A DNA stretch of 64,000 bases from a virus (taxonomy: Duplodnaviria > Caudoviricetes): positions 350,061 through 414,060 of the IMG/VR virus record IMGVR_UViG_3300021255_002539; one strand, 5' to 3'. The notes below the pieces were generated by a model, which had not been told where the DNA came from, did no database searches, and saw nothing but the letters and a program-made list of their open reading frames with translations. The position numbers were made by a program, and so were the translations under genes. The first letter of the stretch is position 1. Every line of letters begins with the position of its first letter. Below, in pieces: positions 10,102-18,402 of the stretch.

Positions 10102-11526
10102 TTAACCATCAGAGGATTTCCTTTTCTTTTTCTTTTCATATTCCTCCTCCTTTCGGGACTCGTATGTCTTCTCCTTCAGGACATTTACGCAATAGTCGTT
10201 CATCGTCAATATGGCAGAGACCTTCTTGGAGAGACTTTGGACCTCATCTTCACTCTTCGCAAACGCCCGAATGTCAGGAATCGCATCTTCCGGCCACTTG
10301 CCCTCTGTCCAAGGATAGTCGGGGTCGTCTTCGTCCTTGGTTTGCTCCTTCGTGGGCTTCGGCAACTTCTTGAACAGGGCGTTGCGCTTCTTCAAGTCAA
10401 CCTGAAGGTAAATAGCCAACTTGACCCAATCGTGGTCAGTGCTCTTTGCTGGCCTCTCAGACATAATCCTGTCCAAGAGCCACTTGTACCACTTCGTGTT
10501 CCATTTCCACATGTCATATTGGGAACCATATGGGATGAATGGATATGTCTTCCTCAATTCGTCTATTGTCATGACAACTTCCTTCCAATCTTTTTGGTTT
10601 TCTTGAGAATATCCTCGGTCTTAGTGACAGTGGAAAACACATTGAGCAGAAGCATAGTCGCGCCAAGAACACAATATAGAGCAACACCGCCGTGTACACT
10701 TCCATTGGCATCCCCTTCGATGAAGCAGAAGATGCCAAATGCCATAATGTACACAAACTTGAGGAATCCCTTCATCATCAATCTTCTGACAACGCGAATT
10801 GAGCAAAGCATTGCAGTATATTTCCACACTTCCAACTATCCCAATCCAACAAGTCGGTTATCTCGCCCCTTCTCCGAATACATCCCATTGGACATCTTTG
10901 TTCGCAATAGTTGCAATGTTCCACAAACGCCTTGACCAATTCCTGTGAGGCGTTGACAACATCGCATTTCCGTTTTGGTTTACTTGCCATGGTTCTCATT
11001 CTTCCTTATCGTGGTCAATCACCCGCCTGGTGTGTTTTCCAAGTATTCTCTGATAGTCTGCAATCTCCTTGTCCAAATGCCTGCTATATCTCCCGTACAA
11101 ATCATAATACATGTTCTTCCAAGACTCCTTCTCGCGCCACAATTTGCAGACAACCCCAATAATCTTCTGCATGTCGTTGTCAATTGGCTTGTTGTCCCTC
11201 TCCATCTTGTCCACAATTCCCAGAAGAAATCGCTCCAACTTGTCATGGTCGATCTGCTTGGATTCTGGATTCAGCGTGTTCGCAATCAAACTCTCCAGAA
11301 TGTTGTCGTCGTCTTCAAGCATTGTTGTCCTTCCTCCTCTCGTGTTCAATCTTGCATTTCCAATACTCCGTAGCAGAATCCAGAAGCTCCCCACGTCACC
11401 TCTGGCACAAATCCACCAATGCACCAATAGTATTTCCATCGGACACATCAAGCTTTCCAGCAACCTCTGCCATTACATGAATGGCTTCCTCGGCTTTCTT
11501 GATTAGGACTTCATCTTTGTTCTTCA
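10102..11526 (-). CDS. Run of small hypothetical ORFs (10102-10572, 10569-~10778, 10778-10990, 10996-~11322 and others)
   Basis: Coupled ORFs with RBS behind a promoter at about 11550-11578. Confidence 0.5.
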
Positions 11527-11621
11527 TATCATGATTTTCCTCTAAGAAATTATACCACTTTTGGCTGAATTGGTAAAGTTTCAATCAGAATTCAGAATGG
11601 ACTACTGTAGAAGACGACAAC

Positions 11622-11650
11622 AAAAAAGACGACATCCGAAGATGCCGTCT
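11622..11650 (-). terminator. Intrinsic terminator of the tRNA/ncRNA operon
   Basis: AGACGGCATC-TTCG-GATGTCGTCT followed by a U-run. Confidence 0.85.
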
Positions 11651-11903
11651 ATCAAAAAGATTCGAGGGTTTTCTCGCCCAAGGCAAGTCCCATATCGCAT
11701 ATCAATGGGAAGCCCTTTCAGGCGAAGGACACTATGCTGTGCGTGTATCGTCCATGCCAACCCTATACCCAACATAGACACGACCCACCGCCTGCCAATC
11801 CATTACAAAAGATGTTCCGGAAACACCCATTGGTGGATATGGCTGCGCATTGGGAAGATGTTTAGGACAGATTTAACAAGCCAATCGGGATATAGAAGGA
11901 AAC

Positions 11904-11992
11904 TGGAGCCACAGGTCCGATTTGAACGGACGCGACCATAAAGGTGCGGGTTTACAAAACCCGTGCAATCGACCTGGCTATGCGACTGTGGC
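11904..11992 (-). tRNA. tRNA-Thr(UGU) with a long variable arm
   Basis: CGGGT-TTTGTAA-ACCCG anticodon arm; CCA end. Confidence 0.8.
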
Positions 11993-12000
11993 CTCGAAAC

Positions 12001-12075
12001 TGGTGGACCGCCGGGGAGTTCAACCCCGCTATCTGCCGTGCAAAGGCAGTGTAATAAGCGATATACGAGCAGCCC
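12001..12075 (-). tRNA. tRNA-Ala(UGC)
   Basis: CTGCC-TTTGCAC-GGCAG; G3-U70; CCA. Confidence 0.9.
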
Positions 12076-12108
12076 ATTGTAAATCTTGTTATGTTCAATT
12101 ATACGAAA

Positions 12109-12864
12109 TCATTTAAGTAGAAGTGAATCATTCAGAACTATCTTGCCATCTACAAAGTCCTTATACTGTTTCTCACCAATAAAGTAGATTCTTATTCCTG
12201 GATTGTTTTCCAAGACAAGACGCATCTTTTCCTTGTCTTTGTCTGAATAATAACCCTTTACTTCAACATACTCGTTTGTATCTGGTAAGTAGAAATCTGG
12301 ATTATAGGTTTTGCGTATACCATCTTTAATGTATTTCAATGTTTTGTTCCTAATCCAATTTATACCATTTGCTGTCAATTTGTTGGCAACATTCTCCTCC
12401 CAATGACCCCTTACAGTATATTCAACACCATCTAAATTCTTCACTTTGTACCAACCAACATCTTTGAATCCCACTTTACACGAATCAAGATATTTAGAAC
12501 GAATTTCAGAAAGTTTCTCCCGCGTTTCTTTGGTATGATGGAAAGTTCTTCCTTTCTGCGAGATTTTGTTTTTCTCTGCTATTTGTCTTACTTTTGTTGA
12601 TGTTTCACTGGTCAATCCCTTGTTCCATGCCATTCCCTTCTTGAATCCATGTTTCTCTTTTCTGTGGATTTGCATTTCGTTTCTTGTATGAAAAAGACCT
12701 CCACAAATTGTACACTTCCAAGTGTGTTGTTGCCTATTCACATTAAAATTGCACACATGGTGCTTTACTTGCTTCGCAATATACGAACATCTACAATGCT
12801 TGGAGCAGAACCTTCCGCTTCCATACGAGCCATCATGCTCGTTTCCACATACTTCACATATCAT
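12109..12864 (-). mobile_element. Free-standing homing-endonuclease-like gene (Zn fingers, NUMOD3-like motif, PD-(D/E)XK nuclease) inside the tRNA cluster
   Basis: CEVC..CSKHC, CTIC..H, WNKGLT, HTKETREKLS, YNPDFYL..VEVKG; low GC; TATAAATA upstream at 12913-12920. Confidence 0.75.
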
Positions 12865-12985
12865 AATCTTTTTACCTTTAGTTTAATGTCGTTGTTCTAG
12901 CAACGACATATCTATTTATAATTATACGAAAAGTTGCCTCCCAACTTGTGTTGGCTAGAACCATGACGGTTGGGAAGCGCAATGT

Positions 12986-13061
12986 TGGTAGGAGGGGTGG
13001 TAGTTGCAACCACGACCCATTGCTTATAAGACAATCGCTCTTACTGCTGAGCTACCCTCCC
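12986..13061 (-). tRNA. tRNA-Ile(UAU)
   Basis: ATTGT-CTTATAA-GCAAT; CCA. Confidence 0.88.
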
Positions 13062-13176
13062 GTTGAAATGAAAAAGTTGAAGCCCAGGAAATGGGTCAAA
13101 GACACCGGTTTTCTTCCGGAGTGAAATTCCCATCTTCGCCGTTTGGACATTTCTGCTTTACACCTCCTGGACTTCT

Positions 13177-13337
13177 GGGAGTTGCATCCAGTGCGTTCAA
13201 TCACTCCGCCACTATGCTGCGGGCTGCAACAAGGAGGGATTCAAACCCCCGGTCGAGTATCCTATATAGGAGCATGGGTGGCAGAAAGCAACCGGTGCGC
13301 GATTGCCACCACTCGACTCTGAATGCTGTTATCTCCC
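13177..13337 (-). ncRNA. YrlA-like circularly permuted tRNA mimic (candidate Y RNA)
   Basis: Order is long arm, T-arm (GGGGG TTTGAAT CCCTC), closed acceptor-like hairpin, D-arm; ends pair GGGAG/CTCCC and GCATTCAG/CTGGATGC. Confidence 0.72.
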
Positions 13338-13354
13338 ATTTAACTTGAAAAACT

Positions 13355-13429
13355 TGGAGCGAACGATGGGTGCTGCCCCCACTTGATCCAACCTGGCAGA
13401 TTGGTGTACTGCTGATGTACCACGTTCGC
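13355..13429 (-). tRNA. tRNA-Gly(GCC)
   Basis: CCAAT-CTGCCAG-GTTGG; UCCA. Confidence 0.88.
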
Positions 13430-13580
13430 ATTGAAATGGTGTGAGATTCGAGGACTCTTACCCCCATTACCATCAACTTGGAATGCGGACTTGACGTCCT
13501 AATCCACATTCTGCTTGATGACCAAGCGGACTCACCGGCCGAATGGCATTCTACCAAGGAGCGACCTTGGCATTGAAACT

Positions 13581-13663
13581 TGGAGCCCCGATACAAGTAC
13601 GACTTGATCCAATCCTCCATTACTGGGTGGGATTGACATTCCCCGTTATGGAATTACCGAAGC
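13581..13663 (-). ncRNA. CCA-ended tRNA-like RNA with an elongated anticodon arm
   Basis: GCTTCGGT/ATCGGGGC-TCCA stem; CAATCC...GGATTG long arm. Confidence 0.55.
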
Positions 13664-13687
13664 ATGTTGAAATCGTCTATATGAAAT

Positions 13688-13761
13688 TGGTTGTCCCGCC
13701 TGGGTTCGGACCAGGTCTAAGGGTATCAAAAACCCCTGTGCAGCCGATACACCACGGGACA
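13688..13761 (-). tRNA. tRNA-Gln(UUG)
   Basis: GGGGT-TTTTGAT-ACCCT; U1-A72; CCA. Confidence 0.9.
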
Positions 13762-13770
13762 TTTTGAAAT

Positions 13771-14027
13771 TGGCGGTGGCGTTGGGTTCGCACCAACAGT
13801 CTCGTGGGGCTTTGGGGAATTTTTAGTACGCACGAATGCAAGGCGAGAGCCTATAGTCAACTGAGGCAGAACTTGACATTCCAACCCCAATCCAAACTCG
13901 CCAACCCCAGGGTCACCTGGCTCCCTGCATGGAAGTTGTCAAGACCTCCACGCAACTTCTGTGACACTACTTGCTCCTCGTTCCCTTGGAACATGCCCTT
14001 TGTTCTTTTGTGTTTGAACTATCCACC
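13771..14027 (-). ncRNA. 257-nt tRNA-like RNA with a ~180-nt structured domain in place of the anticodon loop
   Basis: GGTGG/CCACC-GCCA acceptor, GTTC..GAAC D-arm, GGGC/GCCC stem, GTTGG-TGCGAAC-CCAAC T-arm. Confidence 0.6.
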
Positions 14028-14034
14028 ATTGAAA

Positions 14035-14340
14035 GGGTCTGCAGACTGTCTTTACATTGGAATCTCTGCAGGGAAACCAACAACCAGACCTGACTAGCAG
14101 GGTTTCGTTTCTCGTCTGGTATGCCATCTAGCATAGCGATACACGCAGTGGGCTACGCTGCTCCCTGGGTCTGCTTTCCTCCCAGCTCAGCCCAACACGT
14201 TCTTGGGACTTGCATATGGCGTCTGTGATATCCCACAATTGACTTCAATCAGCACATCGGGATTCGGACCACGGTTTCACTCTTCGTGTATTCTACCTTT
14301 TTGAACTATTTGTGCCTAATCTTCATGTGACAGACGCACA
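14035..14340 (-). ncRNA. Structured ncRNA containing an embedded tRNA-like core
   Basis: GCGTCTGT/ACAGACGC stem enclosing D-arm, short arm and T-arm; bounded by TTTCAA spacers. Confidence 0.5.
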
Positions 14341-14346
14341 TTGAAA

Positions 14347-14625
14347 TGCTTGAAGCGGAGATTGCTTATGTTTGACCGGTGCACCGGCAAGTTCATCGTG
14401 TTTACGGACCAGGAAAGAACCAGCTGACCCCTGAATCCTATTTGTTAAGTGTCATGACACTTAACAACCCACTGGACGCTTGTTATGTCCTCTCCGCAGA
14501 ATCTATCCAGGGGAAATCCACTTGTGGCATGCGATATATTTGGCGCAGGTGCCGTCGGCGCATATACTTTGTTTGCCGCACATATTCCCATATGAACCAA
14601 TTGATCCACATGTGCCATAAGGGGA
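14347..14625 (-). ncRNA. Putative structured ncRNA with a 26-bp perfect palindrome
   Basis: ttgttaagtgtcatgacacttaacaa at about 14442-14467; non-coding unit between spacers. Confidence 0.4.
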
Positions 14626-14628
14626 AAG

Positions 14629-14718
14629 TGGTGTGGAACGCCGGATTCGGACCGGCAATGTCCCGTTGGGGACGCAGGATTAGGAATCCTGTCGAGTGTC
14701 CAATTGTCGCAGTCCCAC
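14629..14718 (-). tRNA. tRNA-Arg(CCU) with a long variable arm
   Basis: CAGGA-TTCCTAA-TCCTG; V-arm GTCCC-CAAC-GGGAC; CCA. Confidence 0.82.
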
Positions 14719-14728
14719 ATGTTGAAAT

Positions 14729-14846
14729 TGGTGGCTGTCTTGCGGGTATCAACCCCGCTGTCTCCCCAACGGGCGATGCATCAACCCATCTTGTCAGGGA
14801 ACCCGTTTTACGCACAGGCCAGGACCAAATACCTGAGTATCAAGCC
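14729..14846 (-). ncRNA. CCA-ended 118-nt tRNA-like RNA
   Basis: GGCT/AGCC-ACCA terminus; T-like arm GCGGG-GTTGATA-CCCGC; no normal anticodon arm. Confidence 0.5.
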
Positions 14847-14855
14847 ATTGAAATC

Positions 14856-14930
14856 TGGCGGGGTAACGGGTAGTCGAAACCCGATAGTCTGCTCGACAGG
14901 CAGATGAACTAGCCGTTGTTCTATTACCCC
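14856..14930 (-). tRNA. tRNA-Asp(GUC)
   Basis: TCTGC-CTGTCGA-GCAGA; GCCA. Confidence 0.9.
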
Positions 14931-14934
14931 GAAA

Positions 14935-15074
14935 TGGTGTGGTCTACCGAGATTGATTTCTCAATCTCGGCTTCATGCTTCATCGTCCCAACCGTGCTTG
15001 GTTTTCGCTAATCTATTATTGGTCGGAACTCCACATGCATGTCGTTCGCAACGCGAACGATCCCTGCGACCCAC
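14935..15074 (-). ncRNA. CCA-ended 140-nt multi-hairpin RNA
   Basis: GTGGGTC/GACCAC-ACCA; hairpins TCGTTCGC/GCGAACGA and CCGAGATTGA/TCAATCTCGG. Confidence 0.55.
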
Positions 15075-15097
15075 AGGTACTGAAACCAAATCGTCCA

Positions 15098-15182
15098 ATT
15101 GTCAAAGAACAACCTTTGTCTAATGCGCAAGCATTATTCAAAGAGCATATCCAATTATACAACACATCCAGTCAAATGTAAA
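15098..15182 (-). promoter_or_regulatory. Internal sigma70-type promoter with boxA-like antitermination sites
   Basis: TTTACA-N17-TATAAT followed by GCTCTTTGAAT and GTTCTTTGACAA. Confidence 0.75.
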
Positions 15183-15231
15183 GTGGTTTCCGATGTTGGA
15201 TTTGAACCAACGACTCCAATCGGAATCAAAC

Positions 15232-15307
15232 TGGTAGATGTGGAGAGAATCGAACTCCCGACGCATACCATGTGAAGGTATCGCTCTAGCCACTGAGCTA
15301 CACATCC
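15232..15307 (-). tRNA. tRNA-Val(CAC)
   Basis: ATACC-TTCACAT-GGTAT; CCA. Confidence 0.92.
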
Positions 15308-15316
15308 ATTTGAAAC

Positions 15317-15395
15317 TGGGTCGCCGTGCAGAATTCGAATCTGCGATTTCCTCGTTCACAGCGAGGCGTCTTAACCAGGCTCGACTAACGGCAAC
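15317..15395 (-). tRNA. tRNA-His(GUG)
   Basis: CCTCG-CTGTGAA-CGAGG; G-1:C73. Confidence 0.92.
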
Positions 15396-15402
15396 ATCTA
15401 AA

Positions 15403-15495
15403 TGGCGGATGAGGCGCGTCCCGGCCGCGCATGCCCGATTTCTCGGAGCCATTCGCTTTCCAAGCGAAGCTGTTTGCCAATTCCAGCACTCATCC
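15403..15495 (-). tRNA. tRNA-Ser(GGA)
   Basis: TTCGC-TTGGAAA-GCGAA; long V-arm; GCCA. Confidence 0.88.
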
Positions 15496-15501
15496 ATAAA
15501 C

Positions 15502-15595
15502 TGCGGAGCAAGCAGGCTCTGCCCCTGCGGGGGACATTTCTGCCCCACGACGGATTAGCAATCCGCGCCCTTATGACTGACTTGGGTATTGCTCC
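15502..15595 (-). tRNA. tRNA-Ser(GCU)
   Basis: GCGGA-TTGCTAA-TCCGT; long V-arm; no encoded CCA. Confidence 0.85.
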
Positions 15596-15606
15596 ATGTT
15601 GAAATC

Positions 15607-15690
15607 CGGATGCGGAGCGACTCGAACGCCCAATCCCGTGAAGGACACCTGAGTTCAAATCAGGCCGACTACCAATTATCACACGCATCC
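15607..15690 (-). tRNA. tRNA-Ser(UGA)
   Basis: CCTGA-TTTGAAC-TCAGG; long V-arm; no encoded CCA. Confidence 0.85.
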
Positions 15691-15705
15691 ATAAATTGAA
15701 ATCTG

Positions 15706-15791
15706 CAGATGGAGCTGGAATTGCACCAACATGTGACTTTCGCCACCCCGACTTTCGAGGTCGGACCTTTACTGTTTAGGAGAATCCATCC
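15706..15791 (-). tRNA. tRNA-Ser(CGA)
   Basis: CCGAC-CTCGAAA-GTCGG; long V-arm. Confidence 0.82.
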
Positions 15792-15837
15792 ATCTTGTGA
15801 AATTGAAAAGGATATGGCGTTCCTGTTTCGCAAGATT

Positions 15838-16432
15838 ATGAACCTTGGACGACATGGACTCAAAGAACTACTCCTGGTGGCTGGCAACATCTTCCGGAAG
15901 TTTTATGTGCTTGGCTGTTTCAGCACCTCCAGTTGGCAGATATTTCGTTCTTAAGGCAAGCCATCTTGCCTTGGTATTTTTCTTTCCTCACGAAAGAAAA
16001 ACAACCAACAAAAAGAAATCATCTATTAAATCAAAAGAACCATCCGATTGGGAGTTGCTTCACCTTGCGGTTCATCAACCATCGCAGGACTTCCCACGAC
16101 TTTTCAATATATCCCATTTATCTGCATCCAAATGCCAGCAATTGCCATCTTGTTGAGAGTTATCACCTTCGTATGTTCTAGTTTATCAGAACACACCTCT
16201 CGGTGGTTGCCGTGGTGAACATTGCATTTGGGTAGCCTTTCTTTCGGGTATGCACTCAATGGAAGGACTTGAACACTTCATGGTAATGGGCTTTTGCTCA
16301 TCTACATTAAGATGAACATCGCCAGCCAACCTACCATCATGGCGAATGACCGAACGAGTTGCCACTACTCTCGTCACTGAGCTGCCGTTGAAGCATTAAG
16401 CATACTGGGTTTAACTCCCCATCTGGTTCATT
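15838..16432 (-). ncRNA. Large (~595 nt) structured ncRNA, in the ROOL/GOLLD size class or novel
   Basis: 5' ATGAACC pairs with 3' GGTTCAT; GGTTGGCTGGCGATGT pairs with ATGTTGCCAGCCACC; many hairpins; no credible ORF. Confidence 0.65.
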
Positions 16433-16436
16433 TAAA

Positions 16437-16514
16437 TGGCACCTCTGGTCGGACTTGCACCGGCAAATATCCTGGATGAAAACCAGGTGACTCTACTAAT
16501 TTGTCTACAGAGGC
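16437..16514 (-). tRNA. tRNA-Glu(UUC)
   Basis: CCTGG-TTTTCAT-CCAGG; GCCA. Confidence 0.9.
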
Positions 16515-16521
16515 ATTGAAA

Positions 16522-16597
16522 TGGCAGTCTTAATGTGATTTGAACACATGTTTCGGGAGTGAGGTTCCCGCGTCCTAACCAACTAGACGATAAGACC
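16522..16597 (-). tRNA. tRNA-Glu(CUC), C33 variant
   Basis: CGGGA-ACCTCAC-TCCCG; GCCA. Confidence 0.85.
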
Positions 16598-16604
16598 ATT
16601 CATT

Positions 16605-16701
16605 TGGCAATATTCAACCAATGTTCCAAGGGGGAATCGGACCCGTTGTTGCCTATCGTCATACTTCTCACCAGAGTAGGAACATCGGTCATGGAATTGC
16701 C
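16605..16701 (-). ncRNA. tRNA-elbow mimic on a long extended stem
   Basis: GGCAAT/ATTGCC and ACCGATGTTCC/GGAACATTGGT stems enclosing D-like and T-like (GGG TCCGATT CCC) arms. Confidence 0.5.
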
Positions 16702-16721
16702 CAACCATCTTGCAAGTCATT

Positions 16722-16798
16722 TGGAGAGCAAGGTGGGAATCGAACCCACATTTGCGGATTTGCAGTCCGCCGCCAAGACCACTATTGGCAACTCGCCC
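16722..16798 (-). tRNA. tRNA-Cys(GCA)
   Basis: GCGGA-CTGCAAA-TCCGC; UCCA. Confidence 0.92.
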
Positions 16799-16879
16799 AT
16801 AAAAATGTGGAAGGTGGGTCTGGTTACCCACAACTTGTTCCTGGACAGGATTGTTTTTGCTGAAGACTACTTCCACAAA

Positions 16880-16953
16880 TGGCAAGGGCGATGCGAATCG
16901 AACACATGTCTTCAGTTTTGGAGACTGAGATACTACCACTGTATGACGCCCTT
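16880..16953 (-). tRNA. tRNA-Trp(CCA)
   Basis: TCAGT-CTCCAAA-ACTGA; GCCA. Confidence 0.92.
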
Positions 16954-16961
16954 ATTGAAAC

Positions 16962-17041
16962 TGGTAGGACTGGCGAGACTCGAACTCGCAAATCTCTTCG
17001 TTCGTAGCGAAGTGCAGTAGATCCGATTTTGCTACAGTCCC
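16962..17041 (-). tRNA. tRNA-Arg(ACG)
   Basis: CTTCG-CTACGAA-CGAAG; CCA. Confidence 0.92.
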
Positions 17042-17049
17042 ATTGAAAT

Positions 17050-17123
17050 TGGTTGGGGATGATGGTATTGCGCCACCTCTAAGAGGTTCAGAGCCTCCTG
17101 TACCACTTTTATACGAATCCCCA
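17050..17123 (-). tRNA. tRNA-Gln(CUG)
   Basis: GGAGG-CTCTGAA-CCTCT; U1-A72; CCA. Confidence 0.88.
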
Positions 17124-17133
17124 ATTGAAATCC

Positions 17134-17319
17134 TCAAACTTCCTCGCAGAAGTGCTTGCTTATCCTGAAACCCACTCCCTTGAGTTGATACACAGGCTTG
17201 CCATCGTTTCCAGTGCATTCGCCAATCACCTTGAAAGTCTCCCCTTGGTGTTCCCTAATCCACCTCTTGAAGTCCTCTGATTGCCAGGACGCGCTTGATT
17301 CAACTACCTTTACGAACAT
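17134..17319 (-). CDS. Small hypothetical protein within the tRNA operon
   Basis: Strong AAGGAGG RBS; 61 aa. Confidence 0.65.
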   Translation of the reverse strand: MFVKVVESSASWQSEDFKRWIREHQGETFKVIGECTGNDGKPVYQLKGVGFRISKHFCEEV

Positions 17320-17348
17320 GTCTTTCCTCCTTGTTCTTCTTGATGAAA

Positions 17349-17501
17349 TGGTGGCAACATCCGATTCTCACGGAACCTGCGACCACCAATGTCGCTGCGC
17401 TCATATGACCACCCTATCTAGAGTCAGATGGTCAAGTCCCTGTTTCTGGTGGAAGGCGAATTCAATTCCCTTCATACCCTTTGGGATTATACTATATTGC
17501 C
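17349..17501 (-). ncRNA. Oversized (153 nt) tRNA-like RNA with CT-CTA-GA near the tip of its anticodon-position arm
   Basis: GGCAATA/TGTTGCC-ACCA acceptor, expanded D region, TGACCAT/GTGGTCA arm, GCGAC/GTCGC V-arm, TCCG-TGAGAAT-CGGA T-arm. Confidence 0.6.
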
Positions 17502-17545
17502 TAAATTGGTGGACTAGTGCCGCACAAGGCGACATTGACCATAAA

Positions 17546-17620
17546 TGGTGGACCGGCGGGGTAACGCTCCCCGACTCTTTCGTTGCGAACGAAAAGTGCT
17601 GCTTCTATCACTATCGGCCC
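17546..17620 (-). tRNA. tRNA-Ala(CGC)
   Basis: TTTCG-TTCGCAA-CGAAA; G3-U70; CCA. Confidence 0.88.
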
Positions 17621-17632
17621 ATTGAAAGGGAA

Positions 17633-17780
17633 TGTTCAAGTTATCGGGCCCAGCCCTCTGGCTTCTGCAAGGTTGGAACTTGCGAGAACTTTGCTGCGTG
17701 GGGAAACCCCCTTGGCAACCGTAGCCAGTTTGTCATTTGTTAACTATGGTGGAAAGTTCCGACTTGAATGAACTTGAACA
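17633..17780 (-). ncRNA. ~150-nt structured RNA
   Basis: TGTTCAAGTT/AACTTGAACA closing stem with internal hairpins. Confidence 0.45.
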
Positions 17781-17794
17781 AAAGCGCACACCTA

Positions 17795-17864
17795 CCACAT
17801 GGCTGGACTCGAACCAACACCTCCGCCCTATGACGGGCGGTGTGCCACCATTACACTACACATG
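17795..17864 (-). ncRNA. tRNA-like RNA with a non-canonical anticodon loop and no CCA
   Basis: Normal D and T arms (GTTGG TTCGAGT CCAGC); CCGCCC-GTCATA-GGGCGG arm. Confidence 0.55.
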
Positions 17865-17976
17865 ATTTCGACCACTGCAAGATGGTCTTGCCCGGTGTCT
17901 GGCAAAATGTTCTCAATTATACGAAATAATCACCCTCAAATCTGTTGGCTGCAACCATGAGTTTGGGGGTTGAAAT

Positions 17977-18309
17977 TGGTGGAGCGGAGGGGAATCGAAC
18001 CCCTGTCCGAAACAGTCCTGTTGGACGCTTTCTACAACAGTTTCCTATGTCATTTAACCTCTCATCATAATAGGAATCAGATGACAGGCGAGAATCCCCA
18101 TTGTAATGTTCCATCGGGTGGGGAAACCAGACCCAATGGACATGCCAGACAATGAATTCCCTACTCAAGCCCCATCTGGCGTCAGGCTTTTTTGGTAGGC
18201 TTAAGCAGCCATTCTGTAATCGTTGCCGTTTACTTGTTTTGGAATTTACGCCTCCCGGCATGGTGCTGCGTCTTTGGGATATTGCTCCGTCGAATACCTG
18301 AACCGCCCC
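17977..18309 (-). ncRNA. ssrA: tmRNA, tag (A)GNDYRMAA*
   Basis: 5' GGGGCGGTTCAGGTATTCGAC; 3' GGGGTTCGATTCCCCTCCGCTCCACCA; GTAAAC-GGC resume codon; tag ends GCT GCT TAA. Confidence 0.95.
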
Positions 18310-18319
18310 ATTGTCAAAT

Positions 18320-18395
18320 TGGTGGGAGGATGTGGGATCGAACCACAACCTTCGGATTTTCAGTCCGTAGTACACACCAAGTATACGATCCTCCC
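18320..18395 (-). tRNA. tRNA-Phe(GAA)
   Basis: CGGA-CTGAAAA-TCCG; CCA. Confidence 0.92.
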
Positions 18396-18402
18396 GATGA
18401 AA

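Noticed and set aside
11904-11992. tRNA-Tyr call based on the long arm and GTA in the loop
   Set aside because: The stem register gives TT-TGT-AA (Thr), and a proper Tyr tRNA exists at 18586.
14160-14186. RNase P RNA suggested by GAGGAAAG
   Set aside because: It lacks the GAGGAAAGUCC and 3' AACAGAA..CGGC P4 consensus.
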